Part shown: one piece after another, positions 26,701-39,178 of the stretch
How positions within the stretch are numbered: position 1 is the stretch's first letter
How the letters are laid out: every line of letters begins with the position of its first letter
Origin: Octopus sinensis
Taxonomy: Eukaryota
NCBI RefSeq assembly: GCF_006345805.1
Contig: NC_043008.1
Span: forward strand, 40,114,001 to 40,178,000
DNA length: 64,000 nucleotides
Direction: 5' to 3'
Made by a program: the position numbers and the translations under genes
Notes under the pieces: model-generated
The model's input: only the letters and a program-made list of their open reading frames with translations
The model's database searches: none
What the model was told of the DNA's origin: nothing

Positions 26701-27927
26701 CGTATATGATTTTGGAACGTTGTTGAGTTGAAAGCACAGGGGAATTTCTTTCTTCTGAATTTCAAATGAACGTCTTCCTTAGAAGGTTTGGAATACATTT
26801 TTGTGTACGACAGAATGTATTTATCTTACAGAAATATTATCCTAAATTGATCACAATTTAAGCAATACTATTTATGATTCTGAACAATTATATTATATTC
26901 TGGGTACTCTTGAATATTCTATATTCTGTGAAGAATATATTTCATTTTATTTCTTTGTTTTGTGTCAGTGCTGTCCAAGTTTATGTTCTTATTGTAGTTT
27001 AAAGAAATAAAGATTGTAATCTCTTGATAGATGTGATCAGATCGATCAAATTCAAAGAGAATCGAAGTTATGTGCGTTAGCTAGTCGTTGCCGTAGTGTA
27101 AACGCTGTCGTATTTTTTTTGTACTTGGGTACATAAAAATTTATGGCTTTTGTTAGCGTTGTTGTCTGTGTTGTTGGTGCTTTCATTGTAGTTCTGGTTG
27201 CTGCTTTTCAATCCTTATTCACGCAAATTTGTATTTTCTCCGTAGTAGCCTGTAAACTTAATTTAGCAAACGAACAAAACGACAAACAATTTTAGAACTG
27301 AGATAGAATATAGACAGACTATAGAGAATAATATAGATACTAACACTAAGATGGGAGAAAGACAAATGTAAAAAGGAAAATGTGAAAGGGTAACGTGAAA
27401 TGGTAGGGGTAAAGAGAGTTGGAAAATAGCATTCCAAGTAGCGTAAGTGTTATGTGTAGTGTGGGCCACGAATTATGTAGAAAGACATAAACCGAGAGGC
27501 TAGGGGATTCTGTAGGAGTACATATTAATTGCTGACAAGGACATAAAATTCCGTTTTGAAACCACAGAATGGTACCAAGCACATAAAATGCTTACAATTC
27601 AAGATTATGTTTCACTTTGTGTTTAGCAGTGCTGTGTATTCACTTTTAAGTTTTATTTCTTTACAATTTCAATCGCATTATTGACGAATTCGTCTATGAA
27701 AATACTGCGACCGCATTTTTTACATAGACGTATTCGTTTACGAAACGTCTTAACTTGCAGTGTTGACTCAGAATTCTATAGCAAACCTATAGAAATAAAA
27801 CATAAAAGTTTGTAGGAGTTTTCAAAGTGTGAAATCGTTTGAAAAGCAAGTAAGTATTAAATGTCGAATACGATAAAACGCGGAATGGGAAGGCAAAGCG
27901 AAGGAGGAAGACAAAACTATATATATA

Positions 27928-28145
27928 TACGTGGTGGGTGCTCTATAGTTCCTGGCTTTAATGGTATCTGGAAAGAGCTAGCTGGGGTCCCAACCTACCG
28001 AGTTCTTTGTCCGAGCTTAGAAAAACTGAAAGTCTGTTGCAAAAAGTGTGTGAATCCGATAGGGGAGTATATTCAATAAAATCATAATAAACTGGTCTTC
28101 CTGTATTTTCTTTTCCTCAAAGCCAGGAACGCTTCAGCCCCCCTC
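27928..28145 (+). mobile_element. Mariner-derived MITE (~215 bp)
   Basis: Imperfect TIRs sharing gttcctggcttt / aaagccaggaac; the internal remnant LEKLKVCCKKCVNPIGEYIQ* resembles a mariner transposase C-terminus. Confidence 0.65.
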
Positions 28146-28934
28146 TCCTTTACAAATAATAAAATAGACATGCACCGCGATTAGGTGTGGGAACAAAAAG
28201 ATATACTGACGAAGAAATAATTCAAATTTTTTCAGGAGTGGTATGAATTGAAAAGATCTAAAAGCCCATTCTAAACATAGAGGAGACACACATGCAAGGG
28301 TACATTAATAAATATAGAAAAAAAAACAGTTGTAAGCTAATACCAAATGTGATTCTACTATATTTAATGAATACTGAAATTGTAGCTTCCATATAAGCAA
28401 GAGTACACAATTAGAATTTAGTAAGGAGCACAAGTAGAATGCCCGAACTGTTTTAACACCCCGCTTCACACACTGATATCTATATGCTCATGAAATGAAC
28501 ATTGCATACAGCATGGTCGAATGTTTAAAAATGTTGATTCACAATTACAAAGCACTGAATTTCATCCCAATGTCTGGTATCAGGGCCTTTGTTGTTTACT
28601 GCTGGAACGAATACAGATTCAGTTACTAACAAGCACTCGTAGATTTACTATCGTACACCTTATATTGCTGTAAAATATAGTGATATGGTGCATATTTAGG
28701 CTACTATATTTAGTGACTACCGAAAGTTCAGTTTTTCTTACGTTAGCTTATCGAACGAAATAGCGGCATTCCTTCTGGCGTGTTTTGTTCAAAGTGCTCC
28801 GAAGGAGATTTTGCCGTCAACCTTTTCAACTTTGATAAAATGTGTATCGCTTGAGCACTGGCTTGATATAATCGATTTGGATCCGGCCGCAAAATTTCAG
28901 AGCTTGTACATATAGTAGAAAAGATCACCACCAG

Positions 28935-30455
28935 CAGCTCTCTCATTATCTGTGACCTTTTCTGGCGTGTACCTATGCCATATTTTTACTCGTGTTATTC
29001 CATAGTATTGGCTTAGTTTACAGTGTATATAAGTTCCAATTCCGTTGTGTCAGTGAATATATTCCTTTCAAGCCAGGACTGGGCAGCCAGAGGCAATATG
29101 ATTTATTGTTTCTTCTCCAACACCACGTATTCTACAGTTACATGTATTTCTTTATGCCTTATATGCTTTTTGCGATTTATGGTGGGAAGTATTTGATCTT
29201 GTGCTGAAATTAAAAATCCTTCAATCTCTGCTTTCAGTCCTGAGCTTCTCAACCAATGTTGAGATTTTGCTATGTTTATTTATTATTTGTTTATCTTATC
29301 CAAATACTTGTCATGTAGGGGCCGTTCTTTCCATCGTTTTCTCTTGGTACGTTGCTATTGCAGTTTTAGTTTGGATTTCAGTTGTTTTACAGCTTTTGCT
29401 TCATAGTTATTGGGTTCTATAACTTCTTTTGTTTTGTATTTGCCAGCTTCCTTAGAGGTGCAAAATAGTTTTTTTTTCTTTTGTTCATATTTTGTGGCCA
29501 TGTGCATTAGTTTTCCTTGCTTCTCAAGTAGGTATTTCTGCTATCCTATGGTAGCTATTTTGTAATAGTTTTCTAGTTGTAATAGCGTTCTACGCCTATA
29601 CCACCTGCGATACGTTGTACATATAAACTTCTGTCAGATTTTGGATATTGCGTCCTAAATCATCTACTTATTATTCTTGCTTTCCAGTCTATTTAAATTA
29701 GTTCATTTAAAGTCCAGTTAAAAATATTGTAGCTGTAGCTTATAACTAGGACGGCTAGGGTGTTGATAGCTATTATCGTATTTTTCGCATTGAGCTCTGT
29801 TTTCAGTAATAATTTAGCTCGTCTATAATATTCGTTTCTCATCTTCTGTTTCATTTGCCTGTTGTATCGTATCTCGTTCATTGATTCCTAAGTATTTGCA
29901 AATCTGGCTTTTGTCTAATAATTTGACATCATTTGCTTTATCTATTGGGATGCTATTACTCTTAACTAGTTTTCGTCTTTTAAAAGTTGATTTGGCACAT
30001 TTTTCTTAGCCAAATTTCATGTTTATTTGTTTGGTAAATCAATTTACTATCTGTAGTAAAGTTCTTAGCTGTTTATCCTTTGCATCATACAGGTTTAAAT
30101 AATCCATATACAAGAAATGGTTGATTGTTTTGCTGTAACAGTTTTATCCACATCCAGTTCTGTTTAGTATATTAAATAAAAGTGTCAGATCCAAACAGAA
30201 AAGGAGTGTTTCCTGGAATATTCCTCTTCTAATGGGGATGGCTTTGGTTTACATGAGTCTCTCAATTGTCTGGAGCTGTAGCATTCTTTGCCACCCATTC
30301 CTGGAATGTTTTTATATATTTTTATGATTATGGTTGCTATCTTGTTCATGGCTAGTGTTTCTAGGGCCCATGTCGTGGGGAATACTATCAAATGCCTGTT
30401 CACAATCGTTCCTAGCTCTACTTAGATCCTTCTTTTTTGTTATGACTGTCTTATA
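28935..30455 (-). mobile_element. Decayed R4/Dong-type LINE fragment (RT core to CCHC knuckle), truncated at both ends
   Basis: Minus strand: DCEQAFDSIPH, IRRGIFQ, HFLYMDYLNLY, KYLGI, EYYRRAKLLLKTELNAKNTIIAINTLAV, EGFLISAQDQ, CRIRGVGEETINHIASGCPVLA, HRYTPEKVTDNE. The 5' end abuts (TAA)n. Confidence 0.9.
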
Positions 30456-30533
30456 ATAATAATAATAGTATTAATAATAATAATAATAATAACAATAATA
30501 ATAATAATAATAATAGTAATAATAATAATAAAT

Positions 30534-31084
30534 GCCCTGATGCAGTACCAGGCAGTGGCTCTCATGGCTTCTGATCTTAACTTGGAAGTGTTATCATGTA
30601 CATTGTTTTGTCTTGGTATAAAAGATGGGCTACAGCAAATATTCTGCTCAATACCACAGATTTGCTTGTCAGTTGTTTGACCTTAACCAGTTGAGCATGT
30701 CCCTTAATGGCTGACGATATGTGCATCTCTGATCAGGAGCAGAAGTAGTGGGGGAGCATCATAGCCATCTGTTGAGAGGGATTCTTTGTGGTTTGAATAG
30801 TTCACCTCTGGAAACATGGGTGGTTCTTTCAACATCCTTAAACAATCCTTATTCAGGGACCGTTTGAGCGGGATGGGCTACTCAACCTGAAGAAAATTCT
30901 AACTGGGCCCCACCTGCAAGGTCATGTGCTGTTTATCTTTATATGAGATCACCATGTCGCGCACATATGGTTGTGATGTATGTGCCTGGTGTACCCTTAT
31001 CAGACGGGTAGTCATGATGGGTATATTGGGCTTCGTATATTTTACCCCAGTGTCACTTTGATGGCATGAACTGCTCTCTCACTC
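30534..31084. mobile_element. ~550-bp non-coding element embedded in (TAA)n on both sides
   Basis: Sharp boundaries (gccctgatgcagtacc ... ctgctctctcactc) between two (aat)n tracts; GC-richer than the flanks, with no ORF and no clear tRNA head. Confidence 0.6.
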
Positions 31085-31088
31085 AATG

Positions 31089-31119
<31 letters not shown>

Positions 31120-31189
31120 TAATTATTATTAATATTATTAATTATTATCATTATCATTATTATTATTATTATCCTCATCATCATCGTCG

Positions 31190-31220
<31 letters not shown>

Positions 31221-31299
31221 TACCACCATCAACATCATCATCATCCTTGTAGCTAGAGGAGAAACAACTATACTTATTACAAAGCGATTGCATGCTACT

Positions 31300-32130
31300 T
31301 GAGTCAGTAAAGATGTCTTCAGTGTTTGTAGAATCAGGTCTCTTCAAATCTCAATAATATTTCTTAGGATTCTTATACAATAGCATATATCATCACCTCT
31401 CTGCAAGTGAAGAGTACGTGTATCTGTTCCTTTATAGTTTAGACTTTCCGATAATAGTCTTTTCATCTCTTTGGTAGCCTAACATTATTTCTCAGTTTTC
31501 TAAATTTCATTGTTATCAACTCTTTCCTGATATGGTATGGCAGTGTATATGAGCGTAAACTGCTTTTATGTCATCAACTATTTTACGTGGTCTCCTTATT
31601 ATAATAATATGATAAATCTTTACAAAAAAACTCCCCGTATAACCTTGTAAATATTATTCATTATCACAACTTCAACCTCATTAAACGCATAGAACTCTTC
31701 TGTCACGTTGAATCCATCGACATGGCTAACATCTAAATCTACCCTTTTACCAGCACAGTAATGTTTTCACTTAAGCATTTATGTTCTAGGTTAGGAGACG
31801 GTTAATGCTTTTGTCTTCTTTCCCACAGATTATGCGTTTGCTAACTGACTGAGATTTATCAATCTTTGCTTTTATGAAATTCCTTCTAATGGATGGAGCA
31901 GTAATAGTTAGCGATTCGGTTTCTCGTTTTATATTTTCATCTGTCAGTTACAATCAGCTTTCTTTACTTGCGGAATAAATCCTTGCTCTGTTGTATGAAA
32001 TGTCCACGTAATTCATTCTATATTTTCTGCTGTTCTTCCTTCGAATTTTGAATTCACTTAATGCTAAAGTGACATTTTGAATATTTCTAGCTGCAGGTAG
32101 TATTTTTATTCATAGCGCATAACATAGAAT
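31300..32130 (-). mobile_element. Possible highly decayed N-terminal part of an RLE-LINE ORF
   Basis: Fragmentary minus-strand similarity (TIKEQI...YKNPKKYY-DLK) to the region preceding RT in such elements; many stops. Confidence 0.3.
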
Positions 32131-32599
32131 CTAAAACCAAACATCGTAGCACTGGTAGCACTTTCTATGGACATTCAGTATGAACCTCTCAAACCATGCT
32201 TCTTTGGTAGGTAAAGCCTGTTGACATTATTTCAAGAGCTGTGTACGTTGTACATTTTGTGCAAATCTTAGTACATCTAAATCTGTTCATTTTAGAAAAT
32301 AGCAGAATATATTAATACAGGTCTGACCCATATATTCATTGTATTAATATTTTCGCCCTGAGGGCACATGGCCAAGTCATTAGAGTATTGTATTCCTGAT
32401 CAGGAGATTGTGATTTCATTTCCTTGACCAGGTGCTGAGTTGTGTTCTTGCGAAAAACATTTCATCCGTCGTTGTTCTGTGATCTTTTCGACACCTTGTG
32501 TGTTGTGCGTTGCACACCTGTTCAGGCAACGACGATTTCTTGTGGAGAGAGCGACCGAATGTACAGTGTATATATTTGATCAGTATAAACAAGTCATTT

Positions 32600-32870
32600 G
32601 TACAGGTTGTGCAGCAGGATTTTTCAGAATCGTCAGTATGCCTACCACACCTTTTACTTTTGTCTAGAACACTTCCCTGATTGAGTTGTTGAAGTTGATG
32701 CTGAAATCTCTGTTTTTCCATTGCTTTTTCTTGATTCACGCTGCAAGTATGTCTTCGGCAACAGATGTCGTTGAGATCATTTTTGACATAGATTTTCGCA
32801 AACATCTCGCCCAGTATTTTTTTTCTATTTCGATTCCTCTCAAAGCTTGTCGTCTTATTCTTTCACTAGT
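32600..32870 (-). mobile_element. Possible decayed piggyBac-like transposase C-terminus
   Basis: Weak motif similarity (GIEIEKKYWARCLRKSMSK...DILAA, then KRCGRH...CCTTC) to the piggyBac GVD...SRRW region and Cys-rich tail; judged by eye only. Confidence 0.25.
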
Positions 32871-33149
32871 TTGCCTCGTTTAGCCATTCCATTAAGTTCA
32901 TCTCTCCTCTGCTGCTGTAAGCATTTTCCTCCTCCCCGTCCACTTCGTCCTCCGACACTTCTCCCTCTACCTCTCTTTCGCATTGTTGTTATTGTTTCTA
33001 TCGTCTTCTACGCAACCACGATCTTAGTCCTTGTATCAAGTTCTACCAGGCTCACTTCTCTAGTAGTATTGCATTATAATTCCATTGTCAGTATGAAGCC
33101 GTCTTATCGCAATAATTTATCGACCCGGAAATGGATGATAAGTGGAGTC

Positions 33150-33216
33150 CATCATCATCATCATCATCATCATCACAATCATCACCATCATCACAATCAT
33201 CACCATCATCGCCATC

Positions 33217-33248
<32 letters not shown>

Positions 33249-33687
33249 ATCATCATCATCATCATCGGAAAAGTGGTGAACTGCAGAACTCGTTAGCTCG
33301 GTGGACAAAATGGATGAAAAGTAAAGTCGACCTCGGTGAAATTTGAAATCAGAACGTAAAGACGGACGAAATGTCGCTAAGCATTTTACCCGGCGTGCTA
33401 ACGATTCTGTCAGCTCGCCGCTTTTCATTTATTAATAGTCAATTAATCTTGCTACAATAGACACCAGGCTAGAAATACTGGGATTGGATTTAAGTCGATT
33501 AAATTGCTCTGGTATCAACAGGTACTTATTTCATTAATCCCGAAAGGATGTAAGGCGAATTCGACTTAAGAGGTTTGGAAACAGAGAATGTATAGACGGA
33601 CGATATAGCGCTAAGCATTTTGTCCAGCGTGCTGACGATTTCTGCAGTTCACCACCCTTGCGATGATGATGATGATGATGATGGTGG

Positions 33688-33729
<42 letters not shown>

Positions 33730-33937
33730 CGAAGATGACGACGACAATGATGATGATGATGATGACGATGATGATGATCATGATCATCATCATCATACCC
33801 AGAAGAAGAAGAAGAAGAAGGAAGAAGAAAAAGAAGAAGAAACAGAAGAAGAAAAATAATAATAAGTAGAAGAAAAAGAAGAAGAAGAAGAAGAAGAAGA
33901 AGAAGAAGAAGAAGAAGAAGAAGAAGAAGAAGAAGAA
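33150..33937. repeat. Compound (CAT)n / SINE family 2 fragments / (GAT)n-(GAA)n block
   Basis: (cat)n at 33150-33265, SINE pieces at 33266-33420 and 33480-33662, (gat)n at 33662-33780 and (gaa)n at 33800-33937. These give the poly-H/D/M/L ORFs. Confidence 0.9.
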
Positions 33938-35600
33938 ACCTAGATGTAGTTATGTACATAGCTGATGCTAGCAATTATATAAGAGCTTTCCAAGGCAAAG
34001 TATGGAACATGTCTTCGTGTAAGAAACGAATACGCCATTAGGATCAGTGTAATCCTCCATTTTCTCCGATGTTTTTTCTTATCCTACAATTTTCATATCA
34101 TCATCATCATCATCCTCATCTTCACCACCATCCTCATAGCCATCATTTCCACCGTCATCACCATCGTTGAATCACTGCTTTTGTCATCGTCATCTTTCTC
34201 TTTCTCTTAACGATCACCTTGCCATTTCCATCATCACGGTTACTCTCGTCCACTAGTGCACCTATCAATCTTGATCGCCTCCTGTTATCCTCCCCTCCTT
34301 CTCCTTATTTCTGTCCTTGTTTTTCTTGTTCTCTTCCTCTTTGTTTTCCTCCTCATTTGATGATTCTGAGTCGCCACGTCCGTCAGTGCCACAGAGTCAC
34401 ATACATCACCAACTCCAGCATCAAGCGTACCATCAGCACCCGAAAACCACCGCCGACTCCACTGCTAGCGCCACCACTAGACTACAAGCAGCAGCGGTAG
34501 CCCCAGCAGCAGCAGCAACCCCAGCAGCACCACCTCAGTGCAACCAACGGCACGAGGAGTAGCATATACAGCACCACCGTCGCCAATGACACCAACAAAG
34601 TCATCACAATCATCGATGCCATGGTCATCATTCATATAAATACACTTTTCATTAGCATAATCGCCATCATTACCATCCCTACCGCGAGCTTTTCCAACGG
34701 TAACACTGCCAGTAGATGCTAATATACATACCCAACCCACCCTCATCTTTGTAAATCCTGTCCGCTTGCAGGGCAAATAGATTTTAAGTTACACATACAT
34801 TGATTTAGCCTGTAAGTTCTCCAGAAACTTCACTATCTACTTCAAATTTCTGTAGATGTCACAAAATCTCAGCGTTTATTTATATCCCCCAAGTCCCCAG
34901 CTACTGCAGAGTAGAGAAAAAAAAAATACGGAATTAACTGTAAGAGCATCTAAATTCTGGCAGTAAAATGGCGGAACTAACTTAATTCTGAAGAAATTCC
35001 CTGAAATAAACGTGAGTAGCTTTAATGCAGTCGCATCTGTAAATCTAAAGTAAATTAAGAGCCAAATGCAAATAGGAATTGCAAATTTTGGTAGCTGCTG
35101 GTATTATTTGCTGAGATGTAGTCAATATCAACAGTGCTTAGCATGGCAAAAGTAAAATGAAGAAATAAAATAAAATAGATCTTGAAAAAGAAAAAAAAAA
35201 TGTTGATAGTGCCATCCTGTAGGTATAGAATTTTTGCTTACATTTCGAAGAAAAGAAGCGGTAGCGAAGTAAATAAAATATGTCTTGGGAGCGCCTGATA
35301 TACTGTAAACCTGGGTACAATACAAAGCTTGAAAGGGAAGAATGACAGTCCTATCTCTTTTAAATTCTTTTAATCTATTTTACTTTTTTTTTCACACACA
35401 TACATAAACTCACTCAAAAATGTCTCATCACTCTCTGTGTCTGTTTCTGTGTGTGTGCCTCGCTTTCTTTGTCTCACAAACATTTGCACTTGCACGCACA
35501 CACACACACACACACACACACTTATATGTATATACACAACGGTAAGATTACCAATATTTATATATTCGCGTTGTGTTTATGTATTCTGTATAATAAAATC

Positions 35601-35797
<197 letters not shown>

Positions 35798-36726
35798 GTT
35801 TCTACCTATCTATAAACATACACACATACATACATGCGCACTCATAACCGCGCACACACACACACATATGTCTTTACACGTACAGAAAATCTAATATCCT
35901 ATGTAGTGTATGCTTTTAGCTAACAATCAAGTCGGTGATATTCTTCCAATGAATTGTTTTATTCCGAAACACATAATTATGTTGTTTTCTCTGAATGTCT
36001 TATGAAAGGCATGGGAACTCTTTTACAAACAGGCAACATAATAGAGAAGTGCTTCCGTATATACGAACAAGTTTTCCTTCAAGGGAAGACAGCGCACTCT
36101 ATAACCTAATAAGGGTACCAAGTATAACAGAACACAAGTAAGTCTCACACTTCGGAGGTTTGAACATATTTATAGTGATTTTTTTCAATCGAATAACGTG
36201 CTTACTTATGTACCAGGCACCTTTTCATTATTCCTACAACATATTTGCAAACGCAAACCAAATATAGCTGATCAATTGAGTGTAACGCCCAGGAGAGTGG
36301 AAGCGCTGTACATTGGAGATTTCAGATTTCATACATTACATGAAGAGCATTTTTTTCTATGTCGAATACCGGTTGATTTAAGCATTGTTGATATTGGCAA
36401 ATTATCAGACTCGTTGAAATATCGGTGAATGCCTTTGCAATTTTCCTTCTCCTGGCTGTTCCCCGATTTCAAATTCCGCTGACATCAGTTTTACTCTTCA
36501 ACTTTACGAGATCATAAACAAAGTGCCAATGAAATACCCGGAACGATTCACGTATTTTTCTCCTCTCCCTCAGTAAGTAGATTGCTTACGAACCACATGG
36601 TTCTGCGTTCAGTCCCACCGCGTGGCACCTGTGGCAAGTGTCTTCTACTATAGCCTCGGGTCCACCAAAGCCTTGTGAGTGGATTTGGTTGACGGAAATT
36701 GAAGAAGCCCGTCGTATGTATGTATG

Positions 36727-36799
<73 letters not shown>

Positions 36800-36864
36800 G
36801 GTCCCGGGTTGAGTCGGGGTTAACCACAGTAAATAAGGTACTCAATACATAGCAGAGTAAATTA

Positions 36865-36998
36865 ATTTATTTTATAGAAGGAGCTTCTACAGGACTAGAA
36901 CTGTTTCATTCAAAAGAAATGCAACAACAGAGCTTCCTGATGATTTCTTTTGAATGAAACAGTTCTAGTCCTGTAGAAGCTCCTTCTATAAAATAAAT
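36865..36998. repeat. Perfect 56-bp inverted repeat with 22-nt loop (Penelope-type inverted tail)
   Basis: 36865-36920 is the exact reverse complement of 36943-36998. Confidence 0.92.
36930..36982 (+). ncRNA. Type I hammerhead ribozyme motif with canonical core
   Basis: gagcttc-CTGATGA-tttc(tttt)gaat-GAAA-cag(ttctagtc)ctg-TA-gaagctc: 7-bp stem I, 3-bp stem II, ACAG/CTGT stem III, GUA cleavage triplet (cut predicted after 36975). Confidence 0.8.
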
Positions 36999-37198
36999 AA
37001 ATATATATATATACATACATATACATATATATATATAAATATACATATATATATACATATATATATATACGTACATACATATATATATATTATATATATA
37101 TATATATATACATACATACATATACATATAAATATAAATATATATATTTGCATACATACATATACATATAATATAAATATATATATATACATACATAC

Positions 37199-37249
<51 letters not shown>

Positions 37250-37258
37250 AATATAAAT

Positions 37259-37339
<81 letters not shown>

Positions 37340-37355
37340 CATACATATACATATT

Positions 37356-37411
<56 letters not shown>

Positions 37412-37993
37412 TGTGTGTATGTGTTTGGCCCCCTCCAACATCGATTGACAACCGATGCGTGTGTGTTTACGTCCCCGTAATTTAGCGGTTGGGCAAAAGA
37501 GAACCGTTAGAATAGGTACTAGGCTTACAAAGAATAAGTCCCGGGGTCGATTTCCTCGACTGAAGGTGGTGCTCCAGCATGGCCACAGTCAAATCACTGA
37601 AACAAGTAAAAGAGTAAAAAGAGCAAAAGACGGTAGTCATTTACAGTACGCAATATGGATTTCGTTTTCACGACTCCGCTGCCACCGATAGAAATAATAG
37701 ACACATGATCAATATGGCATCCAGCAGCTGTAGAACGTTGCTTCACACCAATTGTTTACCTGGAAACAGAGAAAGCAAAAGGGATCCATGTTATATTTAG
37801 AAGAATGTTGTTGTTTTTTAAACATAAGCACATTGCACTATACTATTGGCTTACGATTCCATATTTATTTTTGTTGTTGCAGTTGTGCTGATCTACGATA
37901 TCTCAGTAGAATTAAATAAGACTAGTTAAAGGATTCAGGGGATACGTGCATTGACAAATCTATGATTTCGAATAGCTTTGGTCTGGCTCTTCA

Positions 37994-38135
37994 TTTTTAT
38001 CTTTCAGCGTTCTATAGCGACGCAATAAGTGTCAGTAAAGGCAATTAATCTTTCCACTTAAAAATCTGTTGGTCTCAATACTTATCTGCAATTTATTGAG
38101 TCACACAGCTAGTTGTTCAGATGATGTAACCGAAC
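37994..38135 (+). repeat. ~141-bp dispersed duplicate (second copy 46344-46484) bounded by splice-site-like sequences
   Basis: Both copies start tttttatctttcag and end gatgat|gtaaccgaac; the flanks are unrelated. Confidence 0.75.
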
Positions 38136-39178
38136 CAAGTCTAGTACTAATATAAAGGTTCTTAAAAGAATGAAATGGAAGCTAGATGTCAAAGAGAATC
38201 GATCGTAAACACTTAAATGATCGCATCTAAACATTAGCACAACATTTCTGCTGCTTGTTGTTACTCTACCGGTATGTCAATGAGACGAATAATACAACTG
38301 CACAACTGCATTAAAATGGAAAAGGAGACTATTAATTCTAAATCTTCTTTCGTTATAAATGAACATTAATTTAACTTATTACATGTATTTTTCGCTTTAC
38401 ATTTTCAATGTTTTTGCATTTATTCTTTTATTATTAGCACGAAATATGCTAATTTGTAGCATAAAGATGCTTTGGCACAGCAGTAACACTTTATCATTTT
38501 TACAAGTCAAATTAGCCATGCCATGCACACATTCGAATTATAAAAAAAGGCGTTAACTTAATGAATATAAAAGAAATAATGTTTATATTATTTATTTTCC
38601 CTTTTTTCCGCCATGGTTTTATGTTGTTTTCATCTTGATTCAAAACATCGTTTATTTTTCAAAATTCATTGGTATCATTTAAATGTTTTAGCATCAACTA
38701 TTTATCACGGTTTCATTGTTGGCTGTGAGAAGGCATTTTCGATTTTCCTTTTGATTTTATTTAGTTTTCCTTTGCTTTGTTTGTTTTGTTTCAACAAATT
38801 AAATACCTTTATAGATTTGACGCTCTCCAGTGGTGGCACGTCTTACAGTGATCAAGGAATTTACACACTTTCTTGATTTGTTGGAGTCGATAATTTAATT
38901 TAAGTTGACTGCTCTCATTTTTGTTTGTTTCCTTTTCATTATCTACCTTTTAAGAAATAGCAATAATTCTTTGGGCAGATTTATATTGGAAAACTAAGGG
39001 AGTTGGTTTCAAACTATGTTGAACATATCTGGATAATTATGTTTACTTGACATGCATCACTTCATCTTTGGCATTTGCCATAACATATAATAATTGAGTA
39101 GTTGAGAAGCTCGCTTTGAAAGCATGTCGTTTCCGATTTGTTCTATGGTGAGGCACTATGTGCATCTCTCTCTACTAT

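Larger units (their letters stand above)
36575..37625 (+). mobile_element. Bipartite CORE-like SINE (family 4) whose internal (TA)n tract has expanded and holds a Penelope-like insert
   Basis: Head (gtaagtagattgcttacgaaccacatgg...ggcaagtgtcttctactatagcctcggg) at 36575-36715 and tail (...gtcaaatcactgaaacaagtaaaagagtaaaagag) at 37410-37625. Uninterrupted copies lie at 45032-45415 and 58141-58578. Confidence 0.85.

Noticed and set aside
28743-28990. Minus-strand frame with two in-frame TGA codons suggesting a selenoprotein
   Set aside because: The upstream part (HRYTPEKVTDNE) belongs to the adjacent LINE, and no SECIS-like structure was seen.
32847-34776. Poly-His/Asp/Met/Leu/Gln ORFs
   Set aside because: They come from (CAT)n, (GAT)n, (GAA)n and decayed (CAG/CAC)n tracts; stops occur in all frames and there is no domain signature.
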